Source: Veleropilina oligotropha
Taxonomy: Eukaryota
NCBI GenBank assembly: GCA_048128005.1
Contig: JBEUKZ010000010.1
Coordinates: forward strand, 868,001 to 932,000
Direction: 5' to 3'
Length of the DNA: 64,000 nucleotides
Shown: one piece after another, positions 48,709-63,300 of the stretch
How positions within the stretch are numbered: position 1 is the stretch's first letter
How the letters are laid out: the number at the start of each line of letters is the position of its first letter
The notes under the pieces: model-generated
Told to the model about the DNA's origin: nothing
The model's input: the letters and a program-made list of their open reading frames with translations, nothing else
Database searches by the model: none
Position numbers and translations under genes: made by a program

Positions 48709-49671
48709 CTGCATCCTCTTTGGCAGGGACACAGAACCGCTTCTGCTCCATGACGGCTCCTGATCTTGCGATGCTGACATAGGCAAAGCAATACCCAGTG
48801 ACATCCTCCTTAAACAGATCGCAGTCGAAGGACACATGCTCATTCTTTCCAACTGCGCGCCTTTCAGCAACGTACACGTATTCAATTGGCGCCGCAGGTG
48901 AACCACTAGTACTGCGCACCATGGAAAACATCCTTATTTTGTCCTCCTGCCCCGGACACTCCGGCTGTGTATATAACACTGCTCTCGCTCCATTGCACGG
49001 AAATACAGCATTGGAATAGAAATTAATGTGGTAGTTACGACTCCATGTTGCGCGAAGAATATTGCTTCTTGCAATAACAGATCCAGAATTGTAGCTCGAT
49101 TTGTACAAAACCTGGTAAGATCCAACATAGTCGAAAGCATAACAAGGAAACGTCCTAATTACGTTGGAGTCTGTGAACATTGGCAGGCTTTCCGAATACG
49201 ATATATCAGAACGAGATGACCCTTGACTACTGGCATTACTTCCGAGATGAACTAAATCCAAACGCAATGCGTAACGATGAAGGAGCGAGCTACACCTCGC
49301 CTGTGATTTGATGACAACGGAAACATCTTTGGTTAAAGCAACATGATCCTCGGGGATGGTAATATCTACTTTGGGCCACACCACAGTGAGCAATCGTTCA
49401 GCAAGCATGGCACTGTCCGAATGCATGTATAACCGGAATGCAAAGTCACCGGCATATTCGATGATGCCACACGTGACCGGAAGTTGACTAGCTGATACTC
49501 CAAGAGGAACGCTGAGCGTGGTAATTTCAACTGGTTTTTTGCTTGTCTTCAGAGAAACCAAGCGGATGAAAGCGTTGGGTAAAGATACATTGCTGGGAAT
49601 GGAATATTGAACATGAAGATCTCCCGAAAAGGCTACATATGTTGCTGGGGCTGTCAGCATGTACAGAGATT
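48709..49671 (-). CDS. THSD1-like receptor, large N-terminal extracellular exon
   Basis: ttttag| and |gtgagt, 963 bp, phase 1-1, in frame with the TSP1 exon; APATYVAFSGDLHVQY..PEDHVAL..FPC..FDC..GYCFAY recall the THSD1 N-terminal region. Confidence 0.8.
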
Positions 49672-52600
49672 CTAAAATATAATAATATTCAGTATAATTA
49701 TGTGAACACTGAATACAGTATATTGCATGCATTTTTTTAGAATTACGGTTACAGTTAGTTACGCAATATCAAATATTACACAAAATGCAAGATACACATA
49801 TTTTCTACAATACATTTAACTTTAAACACTATAGAATGACATTAATACGATCTTATTCTTCACGGTTTCTCATGGTTTTGAGTTTTTTTTCGGTGCAACA
49901 TATATCGTATGATCCTATCTCAAGGCCTGAAGCTAGTCATGGAAAACTAGTAGTAGTATATTGACTATCTGAGCTGTAGCATGTTTGTCGAATCTTGTGT
50001 ACATATATCCTGAAGACGGTTCATGAATATTAAATGCAGGATTGTATTTGTCAATTGGGTTGGTAGATTAGCGTCCATGAATCATCATTTCATCATCTAC
50101 GTGCAAAGACCGCTATCACTGGAAACCTAATGGCACGACATTGAACGTTGTTTACTGGGAATGGTCATCGTCAAAATAGTGAATTGCTAGCTGATGATGT
50201 CAGTCGAGAAGTAAAGTGGACGAAGATTTCCGGAAAAGTACCAGAAGGTCTCGCACAGAGGAGAACCATTTCTGCGAAACTTCATGCATCACTACTTGAA
50301 TCGATCGTTTACCACATGATATTGATCAAACATTCAAATAATTTACCTTAGTTATCGTGAAATTACGGTGACGGTATTTCAATGTTACTTATAAATGGAA
50401 GTTGTACTGTCGGGAATTGCCAGTTCTTTCTCAGATTGAGATGCGCATACTACAACATGGATATAGCAACTCACACATAACTATTACATGTACAATTTAC
50501 AAAGAGTCTCTATTCTGTTTCATCTACCTGTTTTGTGGAATGTTAATACGCGGTAATGTCAAGATGGCGTCAGTGAGTTTTTTAGTCTGGAATATGACCC
50601 GTTTGTTTTTGCAAATACTCCAATAGTTGGCTGATTAGACTTGTTAAAGAAACTATTCAAAGGATAGCAGAAACATTCAAAATGTTGAGCGACAAAACAA
50701 TATCCATCACTTATAAGTGAATATATCGTGTGTTTCAAGATTTGCTGTTTGACCAATCATTATATATAGTGTTAAGGTACAGACTGTCATACATATCTGA
50801 CGCAGACGCGTATGAATACATGCACTCTTTGCTAATCGGATTGTTCGTCTATCGCCACTTGTTAAGTGATTATTTCGTTCAATTCGTTGATGCAAAATGC
50901 TGCTGCATTATTCTGGACAGGTGCTTTGTGCTACGTTTAACGTACTCTTAGAAATTTCCGATGGATGAAATAAGATCCCAAATTACTGGCCTACGAGTTA
51001 TAATAACACGTTGACAACAATCGGAATAAGTTACATAGGCATTAACGTACTAATACTCCGCAGCTATCACCGGGGTGTAGTAATTGGGGCTAACTGTTGA
51101 TGGAATAAAACAAGAAATCCAATGTGGCGTAATGTCAGAGTATGGTAATATAACGAATATTACAGTGGGATTGCTCAAGATTGAATCTTCATTATTTCAT
51201 AATCGATTGGCATTGCACCGTTAAATTGATGCTTTATTCCGGGAAATATCCTGTTATTGCAGTATAGGCATCCGCATTGGTATGCAGGACAATCATCGGC
51301 GAATGATGATGATACGGGTCAGCAACAGATTCGCGTAGTAACTTCGATATCGATGATTCGATGTAATGTTAGTGTCAGTCGGAGCACCGTAGCACTGCAT
51401 CATCACACCATCGTAATATCACATCACCGCCAATACAACGTCGTTTCACCCCCATTGTATCGTCACCGTCGTAACATACTGCATTTTGCACGCTGTAGAA
51501 CAAATATGTTTCGTCTATGTTATTTGTTCATTTAACATGCGACCATTAATATAACCATCCCCTTGTTTGTGGTTTTCAAAATGGCATGCCGTTGCGACCA
51601 TCTGGAATGTTAAAGATGCAGGATCTACTTCAGATCGCTAAAACGTATTTAAATGCTGTTCTATCTTACACTTTCTGCATTGATTTATTGCATATAGTTA
51701 GGACGCTTCAGCGATTACCACACACGGCAAAATTGTTTTTCACTTAGTAATAAATATTTGGAGTTTTTTTATTGAATTATGAGATCGATCTCATAATTCG
51801 AGCCGATTGTACACGATATTTGTACGGAAATGAACGACGGCTTGGCGGAATCAACACGTCCCTTAGCTCCGCCCTAAAATCACTCCCGCAATCTATTTAT
51901 ACCGGGTCATTTCTATGTCGTCCTTGTCTGAGTTTTGTTTATATCGGTTTCCATGGCGGATGTCGACAAGAGAAATAGAGGCAGGCCGCCGTTATCGACT
52001 GTGACTGCTTCTGATTATAAAATGGATGTATGCAAAAAATTTGAAATAACAAATAACGCGATCAATGAAAATTGGATGCGGCTACTTCAACTTGTAAACA
52101 AACAGTGAAGCACTTGAAACAGTGAATGCCCATTCCATTACAATGTCGCGGTGCGCAATAGGCCTAATTAGTTGGTGAAATAAATATTGTTATTATGTTA
52201 GTATTGCTGCCATATACTACAATTATGAGAAACTAGCTATATCTTCCAATGGCATTATGCAATACATCAATTTCAGCGAACTGCTAATACTAGTAAACAC
52301 TGACCTAGATCCAACGCCATTTGCTTGCAGACGTCAATCATATCGACGGGACCACGTGACGTTTGACCCAATAACGATAAATGAGATAAGATGGCTGTCG
52401 GAGGTTGATGCGCTCGAATAAAATACCACGTCGGCTGAAGCGATTATTAAATGCCAGCAACACCTTTTGTTGCATTTTAACTTTTCCTTCGTCCTAAAAA
52501 CATGTCATGTATGGATACCATATCATATTTATGGTTTTCTTTTATATGAAATATCATACGAATGTAGATTCAGCATCTTTAAATGAGGGACACATACGGT

Positions 52601-54971
52601 CAACCACAAATGGCGCGCAACAAGCATTTTAAATGTACTTCGTGTCCATCCTTTCGGTTGCCACGACAAGAACACGTTAACAAACCATGACGACACCAGA
52701 TCATATAAACTGTTATCGTCTACGACCAGTCGACGTAAAATTGTTGAAAGTGGTCGTAAAAATGCAATTAATATTAACTTCATTTAACTTAATCTACGCA
52801 AAAACTCTTCTTAAAAATAATTATTATCGTGTTGGATTTGTGAAACAATAGATGGCAGTTTAATAAGTATATTACTAGTCGCGACACGTTAGCAAAACAT
52901 GGAAAGCCGCCGTATCCCCTCGGTGTCAAATGTGAACCGTCACTGGCATCTGACATATTTAAATTCCAACACCGTCTCAGTAAGTTTTTTAATCATCAAT
53001 GTTCCAGCCGACTTACATCTCTTCATACCAGCCACACAGAAAAGCCATCAATCCCATGCAACGGACTTATTGGAATATAAATCACGCAAAGTAACAGGTG
53101 ACAATAGCTTTTACGCTCATCAAGGCAGAAGTAATGTTTTTCCTATATTGTTCGCATCGCGACAGCAATGACTGTGGATTAACGGGGACTTCCGTTCCAG
53201 AGAGTCAACTACGATGAGAGACACGTCAAATAAAAATTCCCATAATTCGATGATTGGCGATAATGGAAAGTTCCTGTTATGCGACTTTTATTGGAATTGG
53301 TAAATAGGTCAGCTAGAAATTCGCTTCGTGCTGTTGCGATAACATACCGTCGTTAAAAACGAATCACAGAATTATGCAAGGTTCACAGTCTAACAAATTA
53401 GTAATGGAGAAAATGTGTCCAGGAAGATCGTCGAATGACAATGTTTTCTCTGATTTATGACTTTCAAGTTGGATTTTTTTCCAATCTGACCTGTTTCATA
53501 TACCGTAAGAGTGCTGAATTTAGAACATATGTTTCTTATATTGCCACTTATCCTTATAAGATCCCCAGATAGTAATTTTGGAGTCGTACAGCAGCAGTAA
53601 TTACTGTTCGTATTATATATAGTCACTGCACCAGGTGCCTCAAATAAACTAGCGCAAGATAGGAGTCAATGTACGAATGTCAACATTATGTAATGCCATA
53701 ACGTCCAATTAATAATAAATTTAATTTATACACGATTGTAACTTTCGGAACTTGAACAACCTCGGTGATGCATGGTGTTTCTTTTCGATGCTTTCAATTG
53801 TATATCGCGTCATTCGAGATTTGTTAACATAAACAGCTTTGCGTTTTGGAATGCAATAATTTTCCATAATTATGGGTTCCATCCATTTACCGACAACATG
53901 CATGTGTTCACAATGACAATGGGTGTGTGGGTATATTGGATATCATACCCGAACTTACAACATAATTCACGCGATATGTACCGCGAATCGCCCGCTCACG
54001 GGGAACGCATACGGCTTGAAAAGACTTCGTTTGTGTCATTAGAAGCTCTTTTCCTATTGTATACGAGAGAGTTGATTTAAACGGCGGTGGCCCACTCAAA
54101 CCAGGCACAGTGGGAGTGCTGTTACATGAAAGGAACATGTTTAATATAATATAATATTTCAGTACTATGGATAAATGAATGAATAGAGAGCGAACACAAC
54201 GATATGCAAGCGGTAAAAGACGAACGTATAGACTAAGTATAGGTTATACCACAAGGTTTGGTTGTCTAGTCGGAAAAGCCTGCAGTTCGCGCACAGTTGT
54301 TTAACTACACGGGCTTTTTCGATTAGATACCACAAACCCAGTTATATAACCGACTTAGAGTGTACAATAATTTAAAATATATTATTTTAATAACCTCATT
54401 CACCTATTTTTAATGTAAAAGAAGTAATCTCCCGTGGTCTAACTGCCAATATGGTCAGTTAGACCAATGGTCAAGACAATAGAATGACGTCATAAAAATA
54501 GTTTAATTTCCCTCGACATTTTCGATGATGTTGAACAGGGATTAAGTTTTCATCATCGTTTCTTTGTTTGTCTGATTGCAGAATAACTATAATTACTAAA
54601 CTGGTTTAGATGAAACTTTCAGGAATAATTGGTCATTTCGTTTATTGTATCGAATTGTAGAAGTACATATAATACTTCTGCAAGCCAAACTTGAACAAAA
54701 TCTTATTTGCACGTCATTCACTTTTTCAATATAATCCACTCGATGTTTCACTTCATGTTGTCCAATGTTACAAAATTACTTTTAAATTACTCTAAATATA
54801 TGTTACGTTCATTACCAGGTCTAAAGAGCATACAAATTAAATATGTAGAATAATACATGCTGTTCTGTACTATACATGTACACCAGACAATTCGCTGAAT
54901 GTTATGATACTTTCGATAACGATAAGATATTTAACTGCAAGAGTTGACGAAGAACTTTGCGAATAAAGACA

Positions 54972-56550
54972 TAATTATAATAATAATAATAATATTTTAT
55001 TGGCACAGGATCAATTACATAATGATATAGCCAAATAAAGACAATAATGACGTAAATACCTACACAATGTACACAAATAGCTCATAAGTATATATATAAG
55101 ATACAAACAAGATGCCATTCCTTCATAGTTTGGAACTATTTGTAGGAAATCAAATTATAAATTGGGCTTCATCAGCGATTGTTCTCTAATAGTAAAACAA
55201 TTACATATAAAGTGCAGAATAAACTTTGAGATTTCACTGTCCCCTTTAATACACCCTATAATAAAAATGAATTGTTCTTAATGGTTTAAAAGAATCAAAG
55301 TTACAGATTGAATTCAAATAACTAAACAGACGTTATCTTTCACAATTGTAAGAGGGGAAAGTCATAATAAAATGGTTTTCGTCCTCCACTGAAGAGAGTG
55401 CGAACTTGTACTTAATTTGGTAAATGATTTTCGTTTGCTAAAATTCCTCTCTCATAGTAGGTAATTTTCCATACAAAAATGATGTTTATAAAGGCGATAT
55501 GTACGGAGTTTGCAACCACGAGTAGGGTCGGCTGCAACAATTCTATTGATGTAGCCCGACCAATTGGAGACATATCGGTGTTCCATTGCTCGCGTAAGAA
55601 CGAGCACAATTTTATGTTTGTGTCGTGAACCCTGGTTGTTCCAAACTTCAATGAAACCGAAACTGGACCAAGTATTTTTCATGAGTGACCCCCAGTTCTT
55701 ATTAGTTGAGCCGTTTGCGGAGAAACTATTGTATTGAGGCTGTCTGTGTGTCTGTCTGTCTGTCTGTGTGGTTGACGGTGTATGTCCACCTGACTTTATT
55801 ATGGCTCAACTATGCTTCCTCTCGAATGCGCTTGTTTTGATTAAGAGTGGATAATAAATCTAAGTATGACTGGTACACCAGTGATTTGGGGTCAAGGTCA
55901 CAAAGCCGCAACCAGAATTTGGCTGACTTGCTAAGTATCATAACCATTAATTCGAACAGCCCAAGCTCACCTCTAACAGCCGCATTGGTAATTTTCCTAT
56001 TAATCCCAAGTATATATTTTGAAAATTTCATGGACACAGATTAAATTGATATTTTGTCACAAATTTGCATAAAATTGTTTTCTTCTATCCCTTTCGTATA
56101 GAAAGGACTCCAGATCTCTCCGCAATAAGATAACATAGGTACAATTAAAGTGTTGAAAAGTTTAAAGGCTATAAGAATGTTGTTACGCACTTACGTTTGA
56201 ACAATGCTTTAAGAGCTTGGTCTTTCAGATTATCACAGGCAGCATTAATGTTGCCAGCACAGGTAAAAACTATTCCCAGATAACAATAACCGCGAACTAT
56301 TTCAATTCTAAAACTCTCAAATGTAAAATGTTATTAAGTAAATGTCCGCTTTTCGTAAAAATAATTACTTTAGTTTTCTTTAAGTTTACTGTAAGGTTCC
56401 ATTTGTCACAATACGTGCTAAGTTTGTCCAATGAATGCTGCATTCCACTGGCAGATTCAGATACGATAGACAAGTCGTCGGCATACATAAGGCAACTTAC
56501 ATCATCATCGTGTAGTTTAATTGGTTCGCAAGAAGAATAAAAAATATCTG
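54972..56550 (-). mobile_element. 5'-truncated decayed non-LTR retrotransposon (CR1/L2 group) RT 3' part
   Basis: MYADDL..LTVNLKKTKVIIF, NAAVRGELG, KLRTYRLYK..ENYL and EDENHF in shifted frames; AATAAA followed by a (TAT)n tail near 54972-55000. Confidence 0.85.
55690..55835 (+). mobile_element. Short HINE/Helentron-like insertion within the LINE
   Basis: Inverted agttgagcc/ggctcaact flanking a (GTCT)n microsatellite; interrupts the LINE reading frame. Confidence 0.5.
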
Positions 56551-57363
56551 GTTAGTGGATATTTTGCATTCAGTAACAAACTTCATTACGCGGAAAAGTA
56601 GCACAGTCATGATAGTCGAATAAATTACGCCGACAATAATGTGTCGCAACTCGATAACACTGACAAATATTTCATGGTGTATACTAGATATAAAGATTTA
56701 TTTGTCTACATGTCACACGGCAGCTAGATAACTGTACTATGCACATTTGCAGTCTAATCATGACTATTATACAACTGTGATAGATTTATACGGATATTTT
56801 ATTGTCGGACTCTTCGTCGTTCTCTGCTTAATTGGTCCAATCCTCCGTTGCTATGCATTAGCTCTATTATATCTAAAATGCTCTTGAACGGACTCTTGGA
56901 ATGGTTCTGGGAGTCCATGCTATGCTACACTCTTGATCAAGCTCTTAGAATGGCTGGCCTAACGTGGTCTTTAAAGCAAATACTCTCCAACGTGTATGCA
57001 TAGTGACTTAAGCAAACGTTCAAATAGTTCATCAAACTTCAATTAAGGCACATCTAAGGAAATCCAATTTTCCTGACGATGTAAAGAGATGTGCGCCGAA
57101 TAATCATGTTCGTTTTCGCCACTAAAGAGACTGCGACATACCAGCCACACTTGGGTAATTATCGAATGGATAGGATACAATAAAACGTCACGATGCGCTG
57201 CATTATTGATTCATAACAACGATATTATCTCAAATGGAATTTCGTAAAGAGATGCAAGGGTGTAACGCTCATTGTTCATTAATGTAGTGCCATGGATGAC
57301 GAAAATGGTCAATAAATGTGTGCGGTGATTCACATGTTGGATGTCCTATTTTAGCTACCTTCA

Positions 57364-57431
57364 AGTCATATTGGACATGTCGTGGAGTGAGAGTCCGAGT
57401 CATATTGGACATGTCGTGGAGTGAGAGTCCG
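57364..57431. repeat. 34-bp perfect tandem duplication
   Basis: agtcatattggacatgtcgtggagtgagagtccg twice. Confidence 0.9.
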
Positions 57432-58392
57432 TCCAGTCGCTCTAGAAAAACCGCAAGTTATGGACAGCAGTAGCTGTGATTGTTAAAGGAACAAGAAATG
57501 CCCCATCGAGGATTCGAACCCACTCTTGTTAGACAGAGTAGTCGTGTTATATTTTTACTGTGATGTGATTATGAATATGCTCTCAGCGATCAGCTATCGC
57601 TGTTCCGAAGTACCACATGACACTCGAGGCCGCACAACGATATCAGTGACAACAATAATCTACTTTAAAAAATTGCCCTCCAAAAGGTCACCAAGAAACA
57701 TATCATAAATAAAGTTCTTTTATCCTCATTTTCTGGGTGGTAATCCTGAGATAAAGACCAATATAATGCTAGAAGTTAAATAAACAAGAACGTTTAATAA
57801 ATTATGGATAGCCGACGAATAATATATCAAAACGGTCAATACATTTCAATCAGAAAACCGATACTTAAACTTATATACTTGCATTATAATTCAGTAACGC
57901 TACAAATTGAAATTTCGTCCAGGGTTATGTAATGGCAAATCATCTTCGTTTAAAGCTTTATACAGGGTTGGAATCCTCAGCGGAGCCCTCATTGTGCAAG
58001 CAATCAACAGTCGCAGTTGTCCATAAAACAGTCGACGAGGGCGGGGATTCTCGGAAGATCCGGCTTTCCTCCCTCGATATCATGGACAAGACCCAAACTG
58101 AACCAAGACGCATTTAGATGCTTTGAACTTCTAAAAGAGATTTGGCTGCAAATCGTCCACATGTTACTTTATACAACTTTAACACCTTATGATAAAACAT
58201 ATTTTTATGTAATGTTTTATTGAAGAGAGAAATATTCATTCAAGTTCCTTTCATACATGTCTACCGAGATTGACTATTGGTCATTTTCATTATTAGCCAT
58301 GCTTGTGGTCAATATGGCATTGTGCTCCTTTAGTTTCACAGAGGACTTTTGTTTGAACAATAAGCATACATTCCCTGCTTTATGATGTCCAC

Positions 58393-59931
58393 CAGTGTCG
58401 CATGGTTCACTGCCCTGACATATTAATACGTAGTCTACTCGCCAACAAAGCATGTCATTCCTTCTTAAAGATACACTATATAATGAGATGATTGCCATCA
58501 AGATAAAGTGTCTTGACATATTATTAAAACTTCAATTATGATTCTTACCATTTAGTATAATGACTTAAATGGAAAACAGACGTAGAACTTGTTTGCTGTT
58601 TGTGGATGTGTGTGTGGGGGTGGGGGGGGGGGGAGGGGTGGGGGTATATAACAGTCACAGTGTCGCATGGTTCACTGCCCTGACATATTAATAGTCTACT
58701 CGCCAACAAAGCATGTCTTTCCTTCTTAAAGATACACTATATAATGAGATGATTGCCATCAAGATAAAGTGTCTTGACATATTAATAAAACTTCAATTAT
58801 GATTCTTACCATTTAGTATAATGACTTAAATGGAAAACAGACGTAGAACTTGTTTGCTGTTTGTGGATGTGTGTGTGGGGGTGGGGGTGGGGGGGGGTGG
58901 GGGGTATATAACAGTCACAGTGTCGCATGGTTCACTGCCCTGACATATTAATAGTCTACTCGCCAACAAAGCATGTCTTTCCTTCTTAAAGATACACTAT
59001 ATAATGAGATGATTGCCATCAAGATAAAGTGTCTTGACATATTAATGAAACTTCAATTATGATTCTTACCATTTACTATAATGACTTAAATGGAAAACAG
59101 ACGTAGAACTTGTTTGCTGTTTGTGGATGTGTGTGTGTGGGGGTGGGGGTATATAACAGTCACAGTGTCGCATGGTTCACTGCCCTGACATATTAATAGT
59201 CTACTCGCCAACAAAGCATGTCATTCCTTCTTAAAGATACACTATATAATGAGATGATTGCCATCAAGATAAAGTGTCTTGACATATTAATAAAACTTCA
59301 ATTATGATTCTTACCATTTAGTATAATGACTTAAATGGAAAACAGACGTAGAACTTGTTTGCTGTTTGTGGATGTGTGTGTGGGGGTGGGGGGGGGGGGG
59401 GTGGGTGGGGGGTATATAACAGTCACAGTGTCGCATGGTTCACTGCCCTGACATATTAATAGTCTACTCGCCAACAAAGCATGTCTTTCCTTCTTAAAGA
59501 TACACTATATAATGAGATGATTGCCATCAAGATAAAGTGTCTTGACATATTAATGAAACTTCAATTATGATTCTTACCATTTACTATAATGACTTAAATG
59601 GAAAACAGACGTAGAACTTGTTTGCTGTTTGTGGATGTGTGTGTGTGGGGGTGGGGGTGGGGGGGGGGGGGGTATATAACAGTCACAGTGTCGCATGGTT
59701 CACTGCCCTGACATATTAATAGTCTACTCGCCAACAAAGCATGTCATTCCTTCTTAAAGATACACTATATAATGAGATGATTGCCATCAAGATAAAGTGT
59801 CTTGACATATTAATAAAACTTCAATTATGATTCTTACCGTTTACTATAATGACTTAAATGGAAAACAGACGTAGAACTTGTTTGCTGCTTGTGGATGTGT
59901 GTGTGTGTGTGGGGGGGGGGGGGGGTATATA
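58393..59931. repeat. Six-unit tandem array (~245-265 bp), each unit ending in a (GT)n/G-run tract
   Basis: cagtgtcgcatggttcactgccctg at 58393, 58658, 58918, 59163, 59426 and 59686. Confidence 0.97.
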
Positions 59932-59976
59932 AAAAATGTATGCATGTTTGGGTCTTCGTGAACACCTTTATTAAAT

Positions 59977-60200
59977 GGTTGCATCGGTAGAAGGGGTGAT
60001 CAGCGCGGACTCTGAATTCTCTTGCTTGACTGCTCTGTCTAAGGGGAGTGGGGTCGCATCATCGCCGGGATATTTTGTTCAGTTAATAGTCACAGTTGTC
60101 CAAACCTGCCAGTGAAGTATGGTTTTCTGTCAGCGATCAGGTTTTCCTCCCACATTATATCGGCAGGTCCTAATATGGATCTGAAAGTCGTTAAAAACGG
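59977..60200 (+). mobile_element. Degenerate SINE
   Basis: gtcacagttgtcc and ggttttcctccc core plus gtcgttaaa tail similar to the other SINE copies. Confidence 0.45.
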
Positions 60201-61221
60201 GCCAACAGTATTGATAGAGACCACCCCAACCCACACATGATCATGAATAGCAGAAACACGAACTGCGTACACTATTATCTATTTATGAACATTAATGGAC
60301 GTTGGTCATTTGTTTCTCTGAATACTTTATTTTCCAGAATAATACCCTAGAAGCATTTTGTGGGAAACGCACCTACTAAATGTACGTGAAATGGCTGTTT
60401 TATTGAGCTTTATTGCACCGGCCTGAAGTACTTCTCACGATAAGTTAATGGCCTGTTGGTCCATATTTGTTCTTTGATTTCGTCGCTCACCAATTACCGA
60501 TTGTTGTCAGACCAGGGTTTATTTGACCCGGGATTATAATTTAGCCCAATATCACCTGCGGCGATAATTGTTTACAACTTAGCACCACTTTATGGTACCT
60601 TGAATTACCTGTATACCGAAATTATTTGCACCACCGATCGATACCAGGCAGTATCGAGAGTTGTAACAAACGGTGATAGGTGACAACAAAAGATTAATCA
60701 AGTTTGAAAGTGCTCAACGTTTGGTTCTGCAAACCCAGGCCAATTGTTCTAGACGATGTGACATACCGACGTTTGCCATTGTGGATGTAAGAAGGGTCAT
60801 TGTGTGGGGGCTATTCAATGCGCACCTGCCGTATGACACAGGCGCAGTGATAACGCCAACGATCCAATGGGAGACATGGAAATGATTTCAAAATTCATGA
60901 TATTAAATATGATTGGACGAACTTCAACAAATAATATTATTTATACCTTCCAACATGGACTTGTAAATATATGTCAAGACGATACATAGTAGTTTCAATG
61001 TACCTATTAGCACTATTCTTCACGTAAAGTACTATATGATATTGGCTCTATTATTGATCGCCTTGCAGGTTAAGTATAAAATGCAAATAAAATTAATGCA
61101 AATTAAAAATTGCCTATCTAATACATGATGTGTGCTATGTTCAGTGTATATCATTATGTAACAAACGTTAGATACAATTGAACTTGTGTACATAAAGCCA
61201 TATTTCACGCTACGCCCTTAA

Positions 61222-61652
61222 AGAGCCCGTAAATGCGCTCTTTCGCACGAGTTGTCCTGACACCATCTATCGCCCGGTTCGCGCAGATTGATACAAATTT
61301 CGCGAAGATATGATCGATATATGATCAAATGATAAACTTTTATTGAAATTATTATTGTAACTGGGCAATATATGTTATTGTCAAGTAGAAAGCTATCTTA
61401 CTTGACGAGCAGAAACCAACGCAACTGTGCTTCAACTAGGTCAATTGGAAATGAACTCAGTGCGAGGTAATTAAACGAGGTCCGCGTTTTATTATTTTTA
61501 AATATTCATTAGCGATTAATTTAAACGGTAGCAAATTACTGACGAAATTTGAGTATTGAAAATTCCTAACTTTTTTAGTTATAAAGAAAAAGTGTAATGC
61601 TGTTAGTTTTCTTTTAAAAAAAGAAAGAGCGCATTTACGGGCAATAGTCTCT
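61222..61652. mobile_element. Kolobok-like MITE (TTAA TSD, AG termini)
   Basis: TTAA + agagcccgtaaatgcgctcttt ... aaagagcgcatttacgggcaatagtctct + TTAA. Confidence 0.6.
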
Positions 61653-62556
61653 TTAAAGTACAATCATCGAACAACATTAAATCGACGTATATGTACCTGC
61701 ACTTCAGTCCAATTCTCTCGATTGTTATCAGAATATGTAATTACGTCTAGAGGAAGTATCAATGTTCACGTGTCCATGCCTAAATACAGTGAACTCTTGA
61801 CGAGGTGACAACATAATTGCGTCCATTAATTAGCTTGAAAGAGAAAGTGAATGATATTCACGTTCATCTCTATCTTCTTCTCGGTGTAATCATCTGCGAT
61901 AATGACGTCTATTCTGACGTCACATGTCTCCAATTAATGGATTAAGACGTGAAGTGCACGTTGCTGTTGTGTGCCAACCATGACACGGCATCAATACATA
62001 TGGTTCACCTCTTCAGTAATTTTGAAGTAACTAATTTAGACCAATGAATTATTGCAGGTCAGTTGTTCTGGAAGAAGTGAATATGGTTACCAGTTACGTG
62101 TACCATGATTGCTGCATCCGCAATTTTTGTAGACATTGGCTCACAGGCTGTATAAAACATCGCAGGAGCAATAATTATTATCCATATAATGTTAAATGAT
62201 TTATAACAAGAAGACAAAGTCGTCAACATCCCCCGCAATGGTACAACACCTGAAACCCGTAGGCTCATTGAAAGTTGAAATGTATTGAAAACAGTTATTT
62301 GTCCTTGTTTATTTAACATTTTTCACAGGAGTAGATATTTTCTGCTCAAAGGACATGTTAAGACTGTAGTATTTAATTTCTTTATTTATATATCTACTTT
62401 TCTGAAACATGTCGCCACCAACTATGGTCATGAATTTGGCGATATTATTTGGGCTGGAGTGCCTCTTCCGACAATGGTACATTCACAATTGCTATATGCT
62501 CTATGCTCTTGAAACTACAATGGGATAAGCGCAATATCGTTGCTTGAAATAGTAAC

Positions 62557-63300
62557 AAGGGCAATAACTCTGTCATTAATAATCACACAACGTCAAAATT
62601 ATGAAAAGGTACCAGTTAACCAACTACTGAATACACCCACCAATTTTCGTAATAATAAGTCAAGCACTTTAAGAGATATAGTCAGGAATAACAAAATTAA
62701 AGCAAGGGCAATAACTCTGTTAATAATTGCCGCACAACGTCGAAATTAGCAAAAGATAAAAATTCACCAACTGCTTAATACACCCACCAAATTGCATATA
62801 AAGTTATGCTGAGAGGTTTATGAGATACGCTTCGGAAAGGAGAACATTAACCAATTTACATCAAGGACAATAACTCTGTTAATAATCACCGCACAACGCC
62901 GAAACTAGAAAAAGGCACCAGTTCACCGACTACTTAATACACCCAGCAAGTTTCGTAAAGTTACGTCGAGCGGTGTACGAGATAAGCTCTGGAAAAGAGA
63001 ACATTAACGAAATACTAAAAAAGGCAATAACTCTGTTAATGATCGACGCACAACGTCGAAACTAGCAAAAGGCACAAGTTCTTAATACATCTAGTAAGTT
63101 TGGTAAAGTTATGTCGAGCGGTGTTTAAAATACAGTCCGGAAAAGCTAACATAAACGAATTTATAACAAGGGTAATAGCTCTATTCGTAATAACGGAACA
63201 ACGTCGAAACTAGCAAAAGGCACTAGTTCACCGAGTACTTATTACACCCAGCAAGTTTCGAAAAGTTATGTCGAGCGGTGTATAAGATATGCTCCGGTCT
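62557..63300. repeat. Diverged satellite-like array, five ~147-159-bp units (possibly Helentron/HINE-associated)
   Basis: aagggcaataactctgt-like anchors at 62557, 62704, 62863, 63020 and 63168, each followed by caacgtcgaaa..aaagg..aatacaccc. Confidence 0.85.

Noticed and set aside
53011..53060. ATGAAGAGAT|gtaagt (minus strand) as first coding exon of the THSD1-like gene
   Set aside because: Direct splicing to 49671 creates TAA, it encodes no signal peptide, and no convincing intermediate exon was found
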